64,000 bases of DNA from Chlorokybus atmophyticus (GCA_009103225.1 RHPI01001168.1:373337-437336); one strand, 5' to 3'. Shown: positions 35,976 through 49,184, counted from the stretch's first letter. The notes: generated by a model not told the origin, from the letters alone. Translations and numbers: made by a program.

Positions 35976-37301
35976 TATGTCCTTGCACACATTCATGCGC
36001 GCAGCGCATTGCTTGTTAGTAAACTTCCATACACCATTGTATTGAGTACACAAATGTTGAGCGTCGACAGCCCAGTATGCTTGGCCAGTTGTCAGCTTCT
36101 TCTCGCGCATGAAGCTAGCGATGGTGGACTCGTTCACCTGCATAAGCCTGTGTCAGCGATAAATTGATGTGGCATGCCTGCAAATTAGCAAATGGACTAA
36201 GCACAACCCTCAACACGCACAAAAAATAGCAGCATTTATACCCTGCATATGTCCTTGCACACATTCATGCGCGCAGCGCATTGCTTGTTAGTAAACTTCC
36301 ATACACCATTGTATTGAGTACACAAATGTTGAGCGTCGACAGCCCAGTATGCTTGGCCAGTTGTCAGCTTCTTCTCGCGAATGAAGCTAGCGATGGTGGA
36401 CTCGTTCACCGGCATAAGCCTGTGTCAGTGATAAATTGCTGTGGCATGCCTGCAAATTAGCAAATGGACTAAGCACAACCCTCAACACGCACAAAAGATA
36501 GCAGCATTTATACCCTGCATATGTCCTTGCACACATTCATGCGCGCAGCGCATTGCTTGTTAGTAAACTTCCATACACCATTGTATTGAGTACACAAATG
36601 TTGAGCGTCGACAGCCCAGTATGCTTGGCCAGTTGTCAGCTTCTTCTCGCGAATGAAGCTAGCGATGGTGGACTCGTTCACCTGCATAAGCCTGTGTCAG
36701 TGATAAATTGCTGTGGCATGCCTGCAAATTAGCAAATGGACTAAGCACAACCCTCAACACGCACAAAAGATAGCAGCATTTATACCCTGCATATGTCCTT
36801 GCACACATTCATGCGCGCAGCGCATTGCTTGTTAGTAAACTTCCATACACCATTGTATTGAGTACACAAATGTTGAGCGTCGACAGCCCAGTATGCTTGG
36901 CCAGTTGTCAGCTTCTTCTCGCGCATGAAGCTAGCAATGGTGGACTCGTTCACCTGCATAAGCGTGTGTCAGTGATAAATTGCTATGGCATGCCTGCATG
37001 CATGCCAGAGCCTAGACTGTTCAACAAAGTGTGCCAGCTCTTGCACCCTAGGACAAGCATTTACTTGCTTGTCCATGGTAGTCAGAATGCTCAACAACAA
37101 CCATGTCTTGCACTTATCCCAATGTGCTTTGGGAGCCTTTGCACCATCGCCACTCTTCGTCTTTGTTGTCTTCTTTGTCGTCTTGCCACCTTTAGCACCC
37201 TTGGTTGGTGAGCTCACAGTATCCTTCTTGACGCCCTCTTCATCCTCTTCATCCTTTTGCTTAAGCAAGTATATATGAGCGTGCTGGTGGAGTTCGCACA
37301 C
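33480..37301 (-). pseudogene. Harbinger ORF2 (Myb/SANT-like DNA-binding protein), multi-exon, partly duplicated
   Basis: AHWDKCKTWLLLSIL exon, VNESTIA...KQCAARMNVCKDICR exon, KIRDLS*TSG/AGV exon and a coiled-coil-like tail; convergent with the transposase. Confidence 0.65.
35914..37001 (-). repeat. 272-bp tandem array x4, each unit one exon plus one intron of ORF2
   Basis: TGGACTAAGC recurs at 35921, 36193, 36465 and 36737. Confidence 0.93.
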
Positions 37302-38439
37302 TTACTTATCCCAAACTGTGTGTGTAGTGTGCATCTATCAGCATATTTTTGTGCTTGTCCTGTTACATGAGGTTGGCATCTACCGACGTGCGCACACAGT
37401 GGCTGTGCTGTGCAACACCTTGTACTCAACATGAGCATGCATTCCTGTAAGAGATGCACCTAGCTCAGCGGGCACACATCGGCTGCATGGTGCACAGCTG
37501 TCAATGCTTTACAATTACATTTGGGCCTACATATGCGTGCTTGCATGTTGGCTTGTGCACAGGCTGCTACCCACTGTAAACATGCAAAATGTTGGACTTG
37601 CTGAGCATACAAGTGCACGTATGACTTGCACAGTACACCCTTAGCAGACTTACAGCAGTGACATTTTGCAGGCTTACTTCTTATGAAGGTCTCGCCCACA
37701 CTTTGGTCCGTTGGAGGCGTCCCACCAGTTGAACTCGCAAAGGGAGGGCAAGACGGTGGCCTTTGCGTAGGGTTGGGGCTGCTGCTGGCGGCAGCCGCAG
37801 GTGTGTATGGCAACCTGCCCCCAACACCCCACGACACTTGAATGTCTATGTTGGGGGCATGGTGTCCCCCCATGGGCATAAAACCTCCTGCTAAACCATG
37901 CAGACCTGTACCATCCCGCCCCCCTATAAAGACAACCAGACATTCTCAGTCCCCCCCCATGAGCGCTGGGAACGAAGCCTGCTGCTGGTTGATGACCATG
38001 GGCGACCACAACATTGCCACCTGGCTTCCATGCCACAGCCCTTGACCGACTGAATACTGACATTGGTTGGCAACCTGCGGCGAAGGCTCCCCCATCTTTT
38101 CCACACCCTTACTACCACCACTGCCGCCACCGCCGCCGCTGCCGCCCTCAATGACGACAACAATGCCAATAACCAGGACGGCTGAGTTGGCGCACACATA
38201 TTTCAACCTTTCCCGTCACCGCTTGCCACGTGGTAAGCGTGGCAGCTTTCTTATTGGTCGAGGCCGGAGCAACTTCAAAATACAATTGCAAAAGCACCTC
38301 GGGGGCACCTTTGGCAAATGCAAGTACGTAATAAGGGTTTGGTACCATCTGATACCAGTGTAAATTCAAGACGATTGTAAAAGACATACTTTGCCCCCCT
38401 ATGTTCTACGCTAAGTACGCTAATGTAAACGCGCTCTGA

Positions 38440-39404
38440 GCACTTGCACACGTCGTACACGGCAGTGGCGGTGGCTTCGCGTGCTACTAGCACCATACGG
38501 GGCCATGAGATCTACTGGAACCGCTTTGTTGCGCTTTGCACGCTCCGTGGTTGGGTAACCTTGCCGACAGACGATGCCACAGTTGCCCTGTCTCACCAAA
38601 GTGTTAATGGAGTCCTCCCCCCGGCACTTGTAAGGAAAGCCTCAGTGGCCATACATGCTATGCATGCCATAAAAGGCCCGACCTCGCCCACTGCGAGTAC
38701 ACTTGTGGCAATGGTGCGTGAGGCTGCTGCCAGTCTACCACCGTCGGGCCAACGGCAAAAGGACTGCTTTCTTTTTTCTTTTTTCTTTTTGTTTTTTAAT
38801 ACCTAAGCTCTTGCGCGCCATGGTCTCGCACTTTGCTTGCAATAGTTGAGACTTGGTGGCCAGATTGCAAACGGTGGCTGTGTTGTTGCGGTTTGCAGGT
38901 ATGATGCGGTATTCCGACCAAGCCGAGATTAATGCGCAAGCCATTATCTATCCGCCGGACCGCATGGATCTCATCATTCCGCGCGGCAAAACCGACCAAC
39001 ATGGTGTGGGCGCAACAGTGCATATAGCTGCTGTGGCCAATGATTTGTGCCCTGTGATGCACACCGAAAAGTTGTTGTTTGGTTCGGGCTACAAGCAAGC
39101 TAGGCCGGGCAAGTTGCTGCGCTCCATCAAGTGGGTGGGGGGAACGTGCATCATACACAACACCGTTGTGCCGTATGGCACCATGCTCGGTTGGGAAGAA
39201 GGCAGCCATGCGGGCGGCGGGGGAGGACCCCACACGTTTTGGTACATTCTCTGCTCGTTCGGCGCTGTAACCCAGGCGGTGAAGGCTGGTGTGCCCCATT
39301 ACGTGTGGCAGCGGTTTGGGCGTTGGAATCTTCCACTGCAACTGAGGGCTATATGTGCACGGCGTTGCATAAGTTGCACATATTCTCGAAGCGCCTCAGC
39401 TTGA
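38440..39404 (+). pseudogene. Tyrosine recombinase of YR retrotransposon copy 3
   Basis: FAGMMRYSD, RGKTDQHGVG, AVTQAVKAGVPHYVWQRFGRW and EGY motifs; frameshifts present. Confidence 0.88.
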
Positions 39405-39998
39405 GTGGTACGCGCTCTGCACCGATTTCATCCATTTATCGACCCATAACGGACCCCCAGCATGAGCTGTATGTTGTATATAACTCAAGTGTGAGTTACA
39501 TGAGTTCATGAAGCGCATGAAATGCGCGCCCATGAACTTAAAAACTCGTTAATGAGTTACGAGACTCTTGTGCCCCTAGTGCCTTAGGCACTTGGGGGGC
39601 ACAAGCACTCATTAGGCGTGAGTTGCGAGTCACAAGCTCCTTATCTAGTCGCTTAAAACCCTAGCACGGCGGCGCCATCCTTGGCGTGGGGTGGCGAGTG
39701 TGGTTCACTTTGCAGGTGTACAGGCTTCTCAGGCTTCGACCCCTGCGTCAGCGGTGATGGTGCCGTCACCAAGTTGAAGACCGAAGAAGCGCGTGACTTT
39801 CGCACCTGACATGAAGAGATAGTTCCCATATTTGTAGCCTAGCACACTAGTGTAGACTTGTGTGTACATCAGCATGTATCCACACACTTGTACAGTTGTA
39901 TTGTAATGCACTTGGGTGCTGGGCATAGCCACCGTGCTATCGACCCATAGCGACCCCCTAGCATGAGCTGTATGTCGCATATAACTCATGCGTGAGTT

Positions 39999-40700
39999 CT
40001 TTGTGTCTGCAACCTCCGTCTGCGCATGTTAATCACGCGCCCTTGCCATTAGAGAGGACGAACGAACACCATCCACTACAACTCCTTAAGGTCCTCACCA
40101 ATGCTAAAAAGCAATCGCCATCATGGCATGCTCCTCTTAGGTTGCCTCATCGTAAATCCTCTTTTGGCACTCGCAAATGAAGTGTCCCTTCATATTACAG
40201 TTGTGACACTTTTTGTCATGTAATGCTTCCCACCACTTGCTTTGTTCCTATTGCGGTTGTGTTGAGGATTCAAAGCAGAAAGTGCGATAAGTTCTCCAGC
40301 ATTCTCTATCTCCTCAACGTCCAACTTGCCTTTCACAACTAGCAGCTGAAGCACTGTATTAGCCAATGTTAACACCACATCAGAAGACTCCAACACTGTC
40401 ATTAGCGTAGCATAATTCTCATGAGCCAACCAGGACTGCCCGCATTACCTCCTCTTCTTTCACATCGTAACACACTGCCGCAAGGTCTTGCCAAAGCTTC
40501 TATGCACACATGATGTACTTCTGGACTGGCTCCTTGTGCTCCATCTTCAAGGGTTTGAGCTTGCGCCTCAGCTGCAACTTGTGCGCGTTGCTGTTGGCCT
40601 TGAGGAGGGTGTCGAAGACCGCCCATGCCGCACGTTCAATCTTGCAATCCATGATGAGAGAGATGGAAGTCTTTGTCGTGCAAACCTATTAGCGCAAGAC
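39999..40700 (-). mobile_element. Diverged remnant of family B gag region
   Basis: Homologous to ~29580-30300 (ESSDVVL, ASGGKH..KSV); interrupted at its 3' side by YR copy 3. Confidence 0.8.
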
Positions 40701-42559
40701 TCCATTGTAGCTTGCTAGTAGGCAAGGTTAAGTTGTTGGTGAATGTGCTACAAACATCGTGTTTAGACCACGCATTTGGCGAGGGCTTTTGTCAAGGATT
40801 GCTTGGAGTATAAGTCAAGTTTTAACAGCATTGCCAGCATTCACATTCACATCGACAAGAGGAGCACATGGTGGTGTGGTTGGATGATGAAGTGCTTAAT
40901 GAGCTATTAGTAGCACTTCAAGAGGGGGAGAATTACGCCAATTGATTCTAGATGAATACATCAAGTGTTGTAGCAAGCATGATTCATACATGCACTCGTG
41001 TGTGACTGCACAGTAATATAGTGCTGCTTGGAAAGCTAATGTTTTCATCAACAATTTTCAAGCAAATCTTGTAATTGGCTTTTATTAGTGCAATAGGCTT
41101 GGCTTGCTCAATGCATTAAATGTGGGCATGGAAATATATATGGCTGCAATAAAGTGCCTACTTGCGTTGCTTACGGTTGTGTGGATTGGGGTATTTGTTA
41201 ATGGTATGTGGTCATTGTTCCACACTATATACATGTTGTCTCATCCAAGCAAGATCCTGCGGTGCATTTAAGGCTTTAATGGATTATTACTTGACTAGGA
41301 CTGACACAACTTGTAAAGCTTCACTGACCTGCCATTCTCAAAGAACTTGTTTGTAGTGCTGCTGCAGCTCTTGGGGGGAGTTGTCAGCAGTTTGTGATGC
41401 TCCTTAAGAGTCATGTGAGGTGCCGCACCGTTGCGTGACTTCTCCTGTTGGCTGTGTAACAGGGTGAAGTACGTTGCCTTCGCGAGGCTCGATGGGGCCG
41501 GCATTGATGCTTGCACATCGATTTACACATTCATGGAGCCAATGCAACAAATAGTCACTTGGCGGCGGCAGCCAATCTTGATGTTTTGAGTAAATGATTT
41601 ATGTACATCGACAATGTCACTTATAGCAACCCATGCTTGTATTAACTTAAACTAATAATTAACTTTAAGATAGTTCTTACGAAACAGTTTGGACATACAA
41701 GTGGCGCATTACGATTCAAAAGTAATCAAGTTGTTGCACTCTCTACTGGGACACTTGTGGAATCAACACTGCAAAGATGTTGTGTTAATCCTCTTACGCT
41801 GCTGTCTATTGCAAAGGATGATGTCGCAGGTGCATTCATTATAAGCGCCCAACACTCAGCTAAATGTGGAGTGAAAAAGGTGCGTGTTATGAGCTGTGTA
41901 AAGACTTTGCATTTTACAGCTGGTGGTCACGGACTCAGCAATTGTAGCACTTCTCAGTCTGTGCCATGCCGGCATTATGTTTATGCCGCATCCATGATTA
42001 TCCATCCGTGAACACATATAAATTTGACTCATCAAGGATGTTGTGATGGTCGTCCTCGTGAACTACTATTCATCCGTGAGATGTTTATTGCAAGCGTGTC
42101 TATTGTAAGCGCCCAACAACCAGCCAACTGTTTAGCAAAAAAAGGTGCGAGCATGTCATGAGCTATGTTGAGACTTATCTTGAAAGGTAAAGCTGGTGGT
42201 CATGGATAATGCAATTGTAGCACTACTCACTATGCCCTGCCGTTATCTTGTTTAAGCTGCATTCAGGATAATTCCTCACTGTATGTTATTGCCTTCGGCA
42301 TTTTACATGCAGCATACCACGTGTCCACTTTTCACAGCCATTAATGTTGTATCGATGCCCAATGCCTCCAGCTTAGGGTTATACAAATGGCACTCACATA
42401 ACACATAATAACCCTGCCAATTAGCAAGCTTCGACGGCGCCGCGCCTTGTGCGTCAACTAATCGCTGAATTTTGCACACTCATGAGTTGATCAACAGTCC
42501 AAAAGTGACATTTTTGACAGCGGCAGGCAGGGCTCATGCACCCCTCAGGCTCTGGTCAG

Positions 42560-43259
42560 TCTCCGTGTAAAATTTGCGACGTAGGCCATGGTTGCACACA
42601 TACACAAGTGTCTATGAGCGAAGTCCGCATCCACATAAGGCTTTTTGCACATGTACACTGTGGTGGTACCCGTGCCGCACAAGCAATGATTCCACATATG
42701 ATGTCGATGTCGCGGCTGGCCACTTAGTGGGGATCGTCAATGAGGTGAGCGGGCACATGGTTAAAGGAGTTGGCCGCCGACGTGATGTGAGCCGTCAGCT
42801 CGATGTAGAGCTTGGCTCTTCTTGAAGTTCTCCATTCAAGTGGTGTCCATGTAGCGCGTGGACACCTCGGCACATGCGTTGGGGTTGATGGAGGTGGTGG
42901 GCTCGCGGCGAAGTATGCTCGCATATAAATGGTGAGTGGGCCCTTCAACAAGGCTCCTGAGGGATGGTGGGCACCTTCCCAGGCTACAAGCGCATATTCG
43001 TTGTCTCTAACACCTCCTCGCCATGGCGTTTGAGAGCGTCATGCATAGGATGGAGGAGCGGCTTTGCGAGCTTCGTGCACTTGGTGTGGAGGTTCGCATG
43101 TTTCTCATCCTCCTCTTCCTCCTCCTCCTCTTCACCATCATCACCCTTCTTGCTCACCTCCTCCTCTCATCTACCGACAAAGGGGTTGGTGGGTGGGTTG
43201 TGGGGTGGTGGTGGTGNNNNNNNNNNNNNNNNNNNNNNNNNNNNNNNNNNNNNNNNNNN

Positions 43260-43299
<40 letters not shown>

Positions 43300-44477
43300 G
43301 GCGCACCTCTCTCGCTTCCGTCTCCTTCCTTCCTCTTCCTGCACGCAACGCATACTCTTAACCCGCACTGAGCAATCGGCGGCAAACTTAGCCGCCGCAG
43401 CCGTGGCATTCACCTCCTCCTCACCATCTCGGTAGCTGTTTTGCGACCTTGTGTTGGGCATGGTGGAGCTATGCTCCCCCTACCTCCTCACCACACGCGC
43501 CACCCATGCCAATGATGGCGCCGCCGTGCTAGGATTTTTAAGCGACTAGGGTAAGTTCACCTAAATTCGGAGTTGACCTTAATTTGATGAATGGGTACTT
43601 GAGGTGAGCTGGACAGCGCATGCAACGTGCAATCTTAGTGCAATTTATAGGGATGATAGAGCTCGTTCAGAGGTATTTAACAAACCAAAGACCGTCTGAA
43701 CGACCATGTGCTGCACTAGTGTTGTATTGTTAAGAATACATAAACTTTAACCATCTATAACCCTAACTTTTACAATGCTTAATGTAATAGTAACTTGTGC
43801 AGTACTTCACCACCTTGGGCAGTGTTGAGCGCTACGTAATCTTCTCCATTCATTTAAAAAGAAGTTTTCAAGTTTCACACTGTTTGCGGCGGTACACCCA
43901 AAGTAAATCCACTTCAAGTGATTCTTTCTCCCAAAGTGCCCCTACACATGGTTATGGGCATTATGGTGGTGTGATTGTTATATCCAAGTAGGGCCGCTCA
44001 AAAAGTTGGTGGCGGCCACAATAGTGATGTATAAGGTCGCCACCTGTCTTAACTACCAACCCTAGGAGAGCTGTTAAATAGCTTCAGAAAGTAGTAAGGT
44101 ACTTCCGAAATTAGGGTCAACTCTGCTTTTGCGGAAACCCAAAAACCACCCTATGTTTGCGCTCCGCCGACGGTGCGATACTTGTTCAAAAATTAAGAAT
44201 GAAAATACCGCCGTGTACATAAAAAACTCAGCTCTGAGGAACACACATACACTACCACCGGAAACGCAACGTAGCAAACGTTATAAGCTTCTAACCTCCA
44301 AAACCTTCGAAATTAGGTGGATTTACCCTACACTAGAAGCTTGCGACTCACGACTCAAACCCAGTGAGTGCGTTTGCCCTCTAATGCTTGGAGCATTATG
44401 GGCTTAAGAGTCTCATAACTTGTGAATGAGTTCTTAAGTTTACAGGCACGCATTTGATGCGTTTTATGAACTCATAT
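42560..44477 (-). mobile_element. Highly diverged YR retrotransposon remnant (repeat A plus gag 5' part)
   Basis: Repeat A is split into 43480-43548 and 44329-44477. gag similarity (ENFKK, LETTNMRL*PGKVPTIP) at 42700-43100. Contains an N gap at 43217-43259. Confidence 0.7.
43549..44328. mobile_element. Non-autonomous TIR element (780 bp) with TA target duplication
   Basis: Imperfect TIR GGGTAAGTTCACCTAAATTC / GAAATTAGGTGGATTTACCC flanked by TA on both sides; interrupts repeat A of the YR remnant. Confidence 0.75.
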
Positions 44478-45384
44478 CACATCTACTGCTATAGTTATAA
44501 CTTCAAAGCCTTGGATAATTGTGACACTTGTTGTCAAACCCTTGTTGAAAAGTATTTCAGCCGCTGCTACTTTTTACGGTATAAACATCGAAGTTCATCC
44601 AACCAATCGGCTTCCGCTTTATTTACCATGCATAACTGCTCTACCTCACATCGGGCTATACATGGTGTAAACAATTATATGCTGCAAGTTGGTCGTGCAG
44701 GCGGATGTCTGCTATTGATGCCGTTACCGCTTCATGTTAATGATTGGACTAATGTAACATTTTTCAGTACATGATAGGAGGAATTTGTATATTATAAACA
44801 TTACAATGGTCTGGGCGAAATTTACTGGCGGATTTCGCTTTTGTGGTTGGTGGGCTTGCAATCATGGCCATAATTTGTGGAAGCCCCAATCAGCGGATGT
44901 CGCAGCAGTTGATAATGTACTCACGCCGCTACCAATGTCTTCTTTTGCCGCACGTTTTGCTGCTCAAGTGTTTGTCCATGCTTACCAACTTATATGCACT
45001 CGTAATGTTGGACACAAACTTACCAGTAACATTTTCGGCTTTATTCTTGGCTTTACATAATGTATTCAAGACACTATTATGTTGGAATGCATGGGCCCGC
45101 ACTAACTAGTAGCGCGCTTGTGTGTGAATACCGAGTTTATACAACCATCATGGTTTGAAAGGAAATGAAGTTCATTAAATAGAGTATGCCTCATCTAGTG
45201 TCCGCTTTAATATAACACCAACCTAATGTAAGGAGTATTTAGTCGTATATGCACTCGGTGACAGCATATATGAAATCATGCACGAATCCTCGAATAGTCA
45301 CCACATGTAACTGTCATTTGGACCATGAGGTGTATTGTTCACAGATGCACCCGGTGAATACGCACACGCGTATGTGCCTATTGC

Positions 45385-45624
45385 TCGTGTGTGTGTGTGT
45401 GTGTCCGTGAGATACACACTGTGCATGTGTCATACATGCATACATGTACATGTATGCATGAATGATACATGCACAAAGTGTACTACACACACGCATGCAC
45501 GCACGCTCGCCCGCCCACCCGCCCTCACCGACAGGTGTGGCATTCTCTCTCTCTCTCTCTCTCTGCACTATATATGGGTGTGACACGTATGCTGGCATAT
45601 GCATTGCGCATAACAATGCAATAT

Positions 45625-45691
<67 letters not shown>
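45385..45691. repeat. Microsatellite cluster (GT)n, (CT)n, (CA)n
   Basis: GT run ~45385-45402, CT run ~45544-45565, CA run ~45626-45691. Confidence 0.95.
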
Positions 45692-45694
<3 letters not shown>

Positions 45695-48600
45695 TGTGTG
45701 TGGCACATTAATGTGTATGTGTATATATGCGTATAAAAATAAAAAATGTAAAGTAGATTTGCTTTATGATATAGGTGTTGCTACCTATGGCGGCGGCGGC
45801 CATGACTGGTGGCTTGTCGCAGTCTTAATTAAAGGCCTTAACCAGTCAAGGATAGGTAGTAGTGGCTTTATCGTCTATGGTGGAGGCAAAGATTTCAGCT
45901 TGCTTCGCAACCTGTAGCTGCCAATTGCAGTGGGCCAGCGTTAGCAATTAGCGACTACCTTATTAATGTCTTGATTGCAGATGGACTCCTAAAGAGGCAA
46001 AGTGTTATCGTTTAAATGAATGCAAGATATTTATTAACTTGCAATATATATACTAGGTGCTTTGCATGCGGACCCCGCAGCCAACTATGACTCTGCTGGT
46101 GTCCTACGGTAGGGAAGAATGAAGATGACAACTTGCGTATCCACTTTATCGGCAAGCACTATACAGTGCATAACGAGGATGTTGTAAGTAAGAGTTTTGA
46201 TTTTCATTCATCGTTCTAGCCGCCAATCTGTGCCATCTAAGTCACTCAACTTGACCTGTTGGCAAATAGGTGGTGCTAGCTGATAATATTCGAATCAAAT
46301 TTATTGAGTACTTACACTAAGCACACCAAATAATCATCATGTATGTTGCAAACACCTTTTAATCCACCTTTTAATGCGACTAAGCTAACATGCTACAACT
46401 TATGTAGACCTCAAAAACCACACCCCTTAAAGAGAGCATGTTTTGTGTGTGTATTATGACGTGTGCATTTTAAACTTTTTAATGCACACAGAATGCTTCG
46501 AATCCACGCTTTAAGCTAGTCGGCATATGAGTGAGGCTTTGAAAACCTTGAGATGCTAATTTGCAACCTGCTGCTGAGCAATGTGCTCTAGTTAACACGC
46601 CCGCAGGGCTAACAAAAGTTGTTACTACTTACTCAAATGAGCAGAATGTGAATGTGTGCTATTCATGTGGACTAGTTGGTTCATGCGAACTTATTGTTTC
46701 ACAATAGTTGATAGTATTAAGGTGTGTGGTGCTTTGTTGATTGAACCACAAATGACGTCATCGCATTCTTGGGACTCAACACAAACATTGCATTACACAA
46801 AACATTGATATGTGCTACGACAGAGCTAACCAGTGTGTCTATCATGACCATCATGGCCGCCAAACTCACATAATGTGAGCTTGATGTCACAGCGTTGTGA
46901 CATTGATTGCCATGTATGATGATTCTAAGGCAGCTATGTGCTGTAACGGGCAATTTACATCAATGTGACATTGTCGGCCGTCGCATGTCTGCTGTAAGCA
47001 GATGGAATTGAGTGACATCTTATGTCGTCATGTGTTGGACAACTCAAAGTTGATGTCCTGTGATGGGACAAGTCCTGTATTAACTTAAATTAAGCATCTC
47101 TCAAGCCTATGTTAAAATTTTCGAGGTAAACTTTAACACTAGGCTTGCCGGTAACTGTTCTGCATTCAATACTGTTGTTGAATGCAACTTATATAACATG
47201 CTACCATACATACAGACCTTCAAGATTGAGACCCTCTTTAAAGGCATCCCTTACGGCGTAAACATTTATCAAAAATTACGTGATGGGTGGATCGACACAC
47301 GAGCATGTTGTGAAAATTACAAACATGCTCATAAGCATGCATCCCACGACTGCGCAATGTGCCATGGTGTTATTACTTAAACAATGTCTCAAACTAGGGA
47401 ATATGTGGGCAAGTGAATATCACATGTGTTTGTGGACATGTATTGATGCTATTGCAGGGTTGGTGGCCATGATATGCTTCATACAGCAATTATTCTATCA
47501 TTACCCACCGGGTCATGATGTGATACAGTGTTGGTACGACTTTTTTAAACCCGGGGGTGCAATGTTATAAAACAAGTAAACCTCGACGTTAATCTTCTCG
47601 CATAGGCCTTCAAACTCCGCTCCCAACCATATATGGCACAAACATGGATCAATTCTACATAGTTTGCAACATGGTGGCTCAAAAAGTCCAAGTTTTAGTA
47701 ATTGCCAATAGTACAAATAGTATAAATAGTACAGCAGCCATCCAAGTGTTAAGAGTATCTACACAGGGGCCATGTCACTAGTAGTGTGACAGGTCAGCAC
47801 ACAGTGACAAGCCTTACTAGTCTTGAACACTGTCCGGTTGCGAGACCAGCAAGTGAGTGTATAAGTTTGTGTAAGCTTATGGGTGGGCGTAAAGGTATGC
47901 ACTCACCTGGGAGCCACTTGTGTACGGGGTGCCTGGCTTAGAGAGGTTTTAGGGGCCCTCCCTCTTAAGCTTGTCATCCTTCATGTGTGGTGGTGTGAGC
48001 ATGTATGTGAGTGAGTACTTGGCAAGGGAAGGTGCTCCTGAGGTGGGCGTTCTCTTCCTTTGTAATGTTGTGCCGCTGTACCAAATGGTACTTAGTAACA
48101 AAAGTTGTATTGCTATACTTCCTCATAGCTGGAGTTATAAGTGCTTGTGATTGTGCATTGGTGTGCAGTGCCTACAAGCAAGTAAGTAAGGGTGGAATCT
48201 TTACGACTCGTTGTCCACTAAACAACATTTAAAACTAGAAAGATGTGCGCAAGTAAATGTGCGTCTCTTGCCATGTGTTGATGCTATTGCAAGGTGAATA
48301 GCCATGTTGTAGTTACCAAATGTGTAACGACCATCTCAATTGCCGTAGCAAGAAAGGCGCTATGAAGAGAGGAGGCATAACGTTATTTGAATTTTTTAAT
48401 GAGCGCTGCGTTACATTCCTCCCGGTGTTAACACGCGCAGCCTGTCCGCATCTCAGTGAGGCTGTTACCACCGTTCCGGCAACATACAATGGCCCCGCAC
48501 GATGCGCACACAGGACTGCACATGGTGCTACCTATGTGTCCACCTTGGTACATGTTCCCATAAAGCACATTCGCACCTCCTCGACCATCTACATGCCACA

Positions 48601-49142
48601 GGGTACGAACCTTTGCTTCAGAACGCAATACCAACATAACAACCACTTCGGTCATCATAGTGAAAGGCGCTACAATGAGAGGAGGCGTAATGGTTTTATC
48701 ATTTGATACCAAGCGCGGCGTTGCACACTACGTCATGTTGAGCTACAATTATGGTTTGAGTTTAAAATATTGAGGTTGTTACACAGGTAATCTAATAAAA
48801 CGCAATATTACTTTTTTTTGTGTTGCTTTCAAGTTCTACTTCTGTGCATATATGGCACGATTTTTCATCAATTTTACACAGGTTGCAATTCCGAGGTCAA
48901 AAAGTCCGAAATTTAAAGTAATGTTACAACTTACGAACGCATTGAAAGTGCTTTTGTTTATTGGTGTCTCAAACATAGTACGGTGGCCATGATAATTGTA
49001 AAAAGAGGGGGTGCTACCTCCTCCCTTCTATCCCCTACCCTAACACCACAAGCCACGCCGTCCTCATCGCCGCTAGGGGCAACTGCCGGAGCAGAAGATC
49101 CCCTCGCTATAGCGGCTGTTGCGTTAGCATTGCCGCCATACA

Positions 49143-49184
49143 GCTGATATCGACATGAGACTTATGTCTCATGTCGATATTAGC
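49143..49184. repeat. 19-bp inverted repeat with 4-nt loop
   Basis: GCTGATATCGACATGAGAC-TTAT-GTCTCATGTCGATATTAGC, one mismatch. Confidence 0.9.

Larger units (their letters stand above)
28423..38436 (+). mobile_element. PIF/Harbinger DNA transposon
   Basis: Perfect 13-bp TIR GAGCGCGTTTACA / TGTAAACGCGCTC and 3-bp TSD TGA. Carries a DDE_Tnp_4-type transposase and a convergent Myb/SANT-like ORF. Its removal restores the YR ORF. Confidence 0.93.
26892..39998 (+). mobile_element. YR retrotransposon copy 3 (5'-truncated; RT-partial RH-YR-B1-A2-spacer-B2), hosting a solo LTR and a Harbinger element
   Basis: RT/RH fragments at 26892-28280. YR is split at 28422/38437. B1 39438-39497, A2 39498-39704, B2 39939-39998. 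Confidence 0.88.

Noticed and set aside
40700-42500. Possible very old copia remnant (two CYNC knuckle-like relics in a diverged ~270-bp repeat at ~41830-42290)
   Set aside because: The motifs are too fragmentary, and no LTR, PBS or catalytic motif was found; an HMM search is needed.
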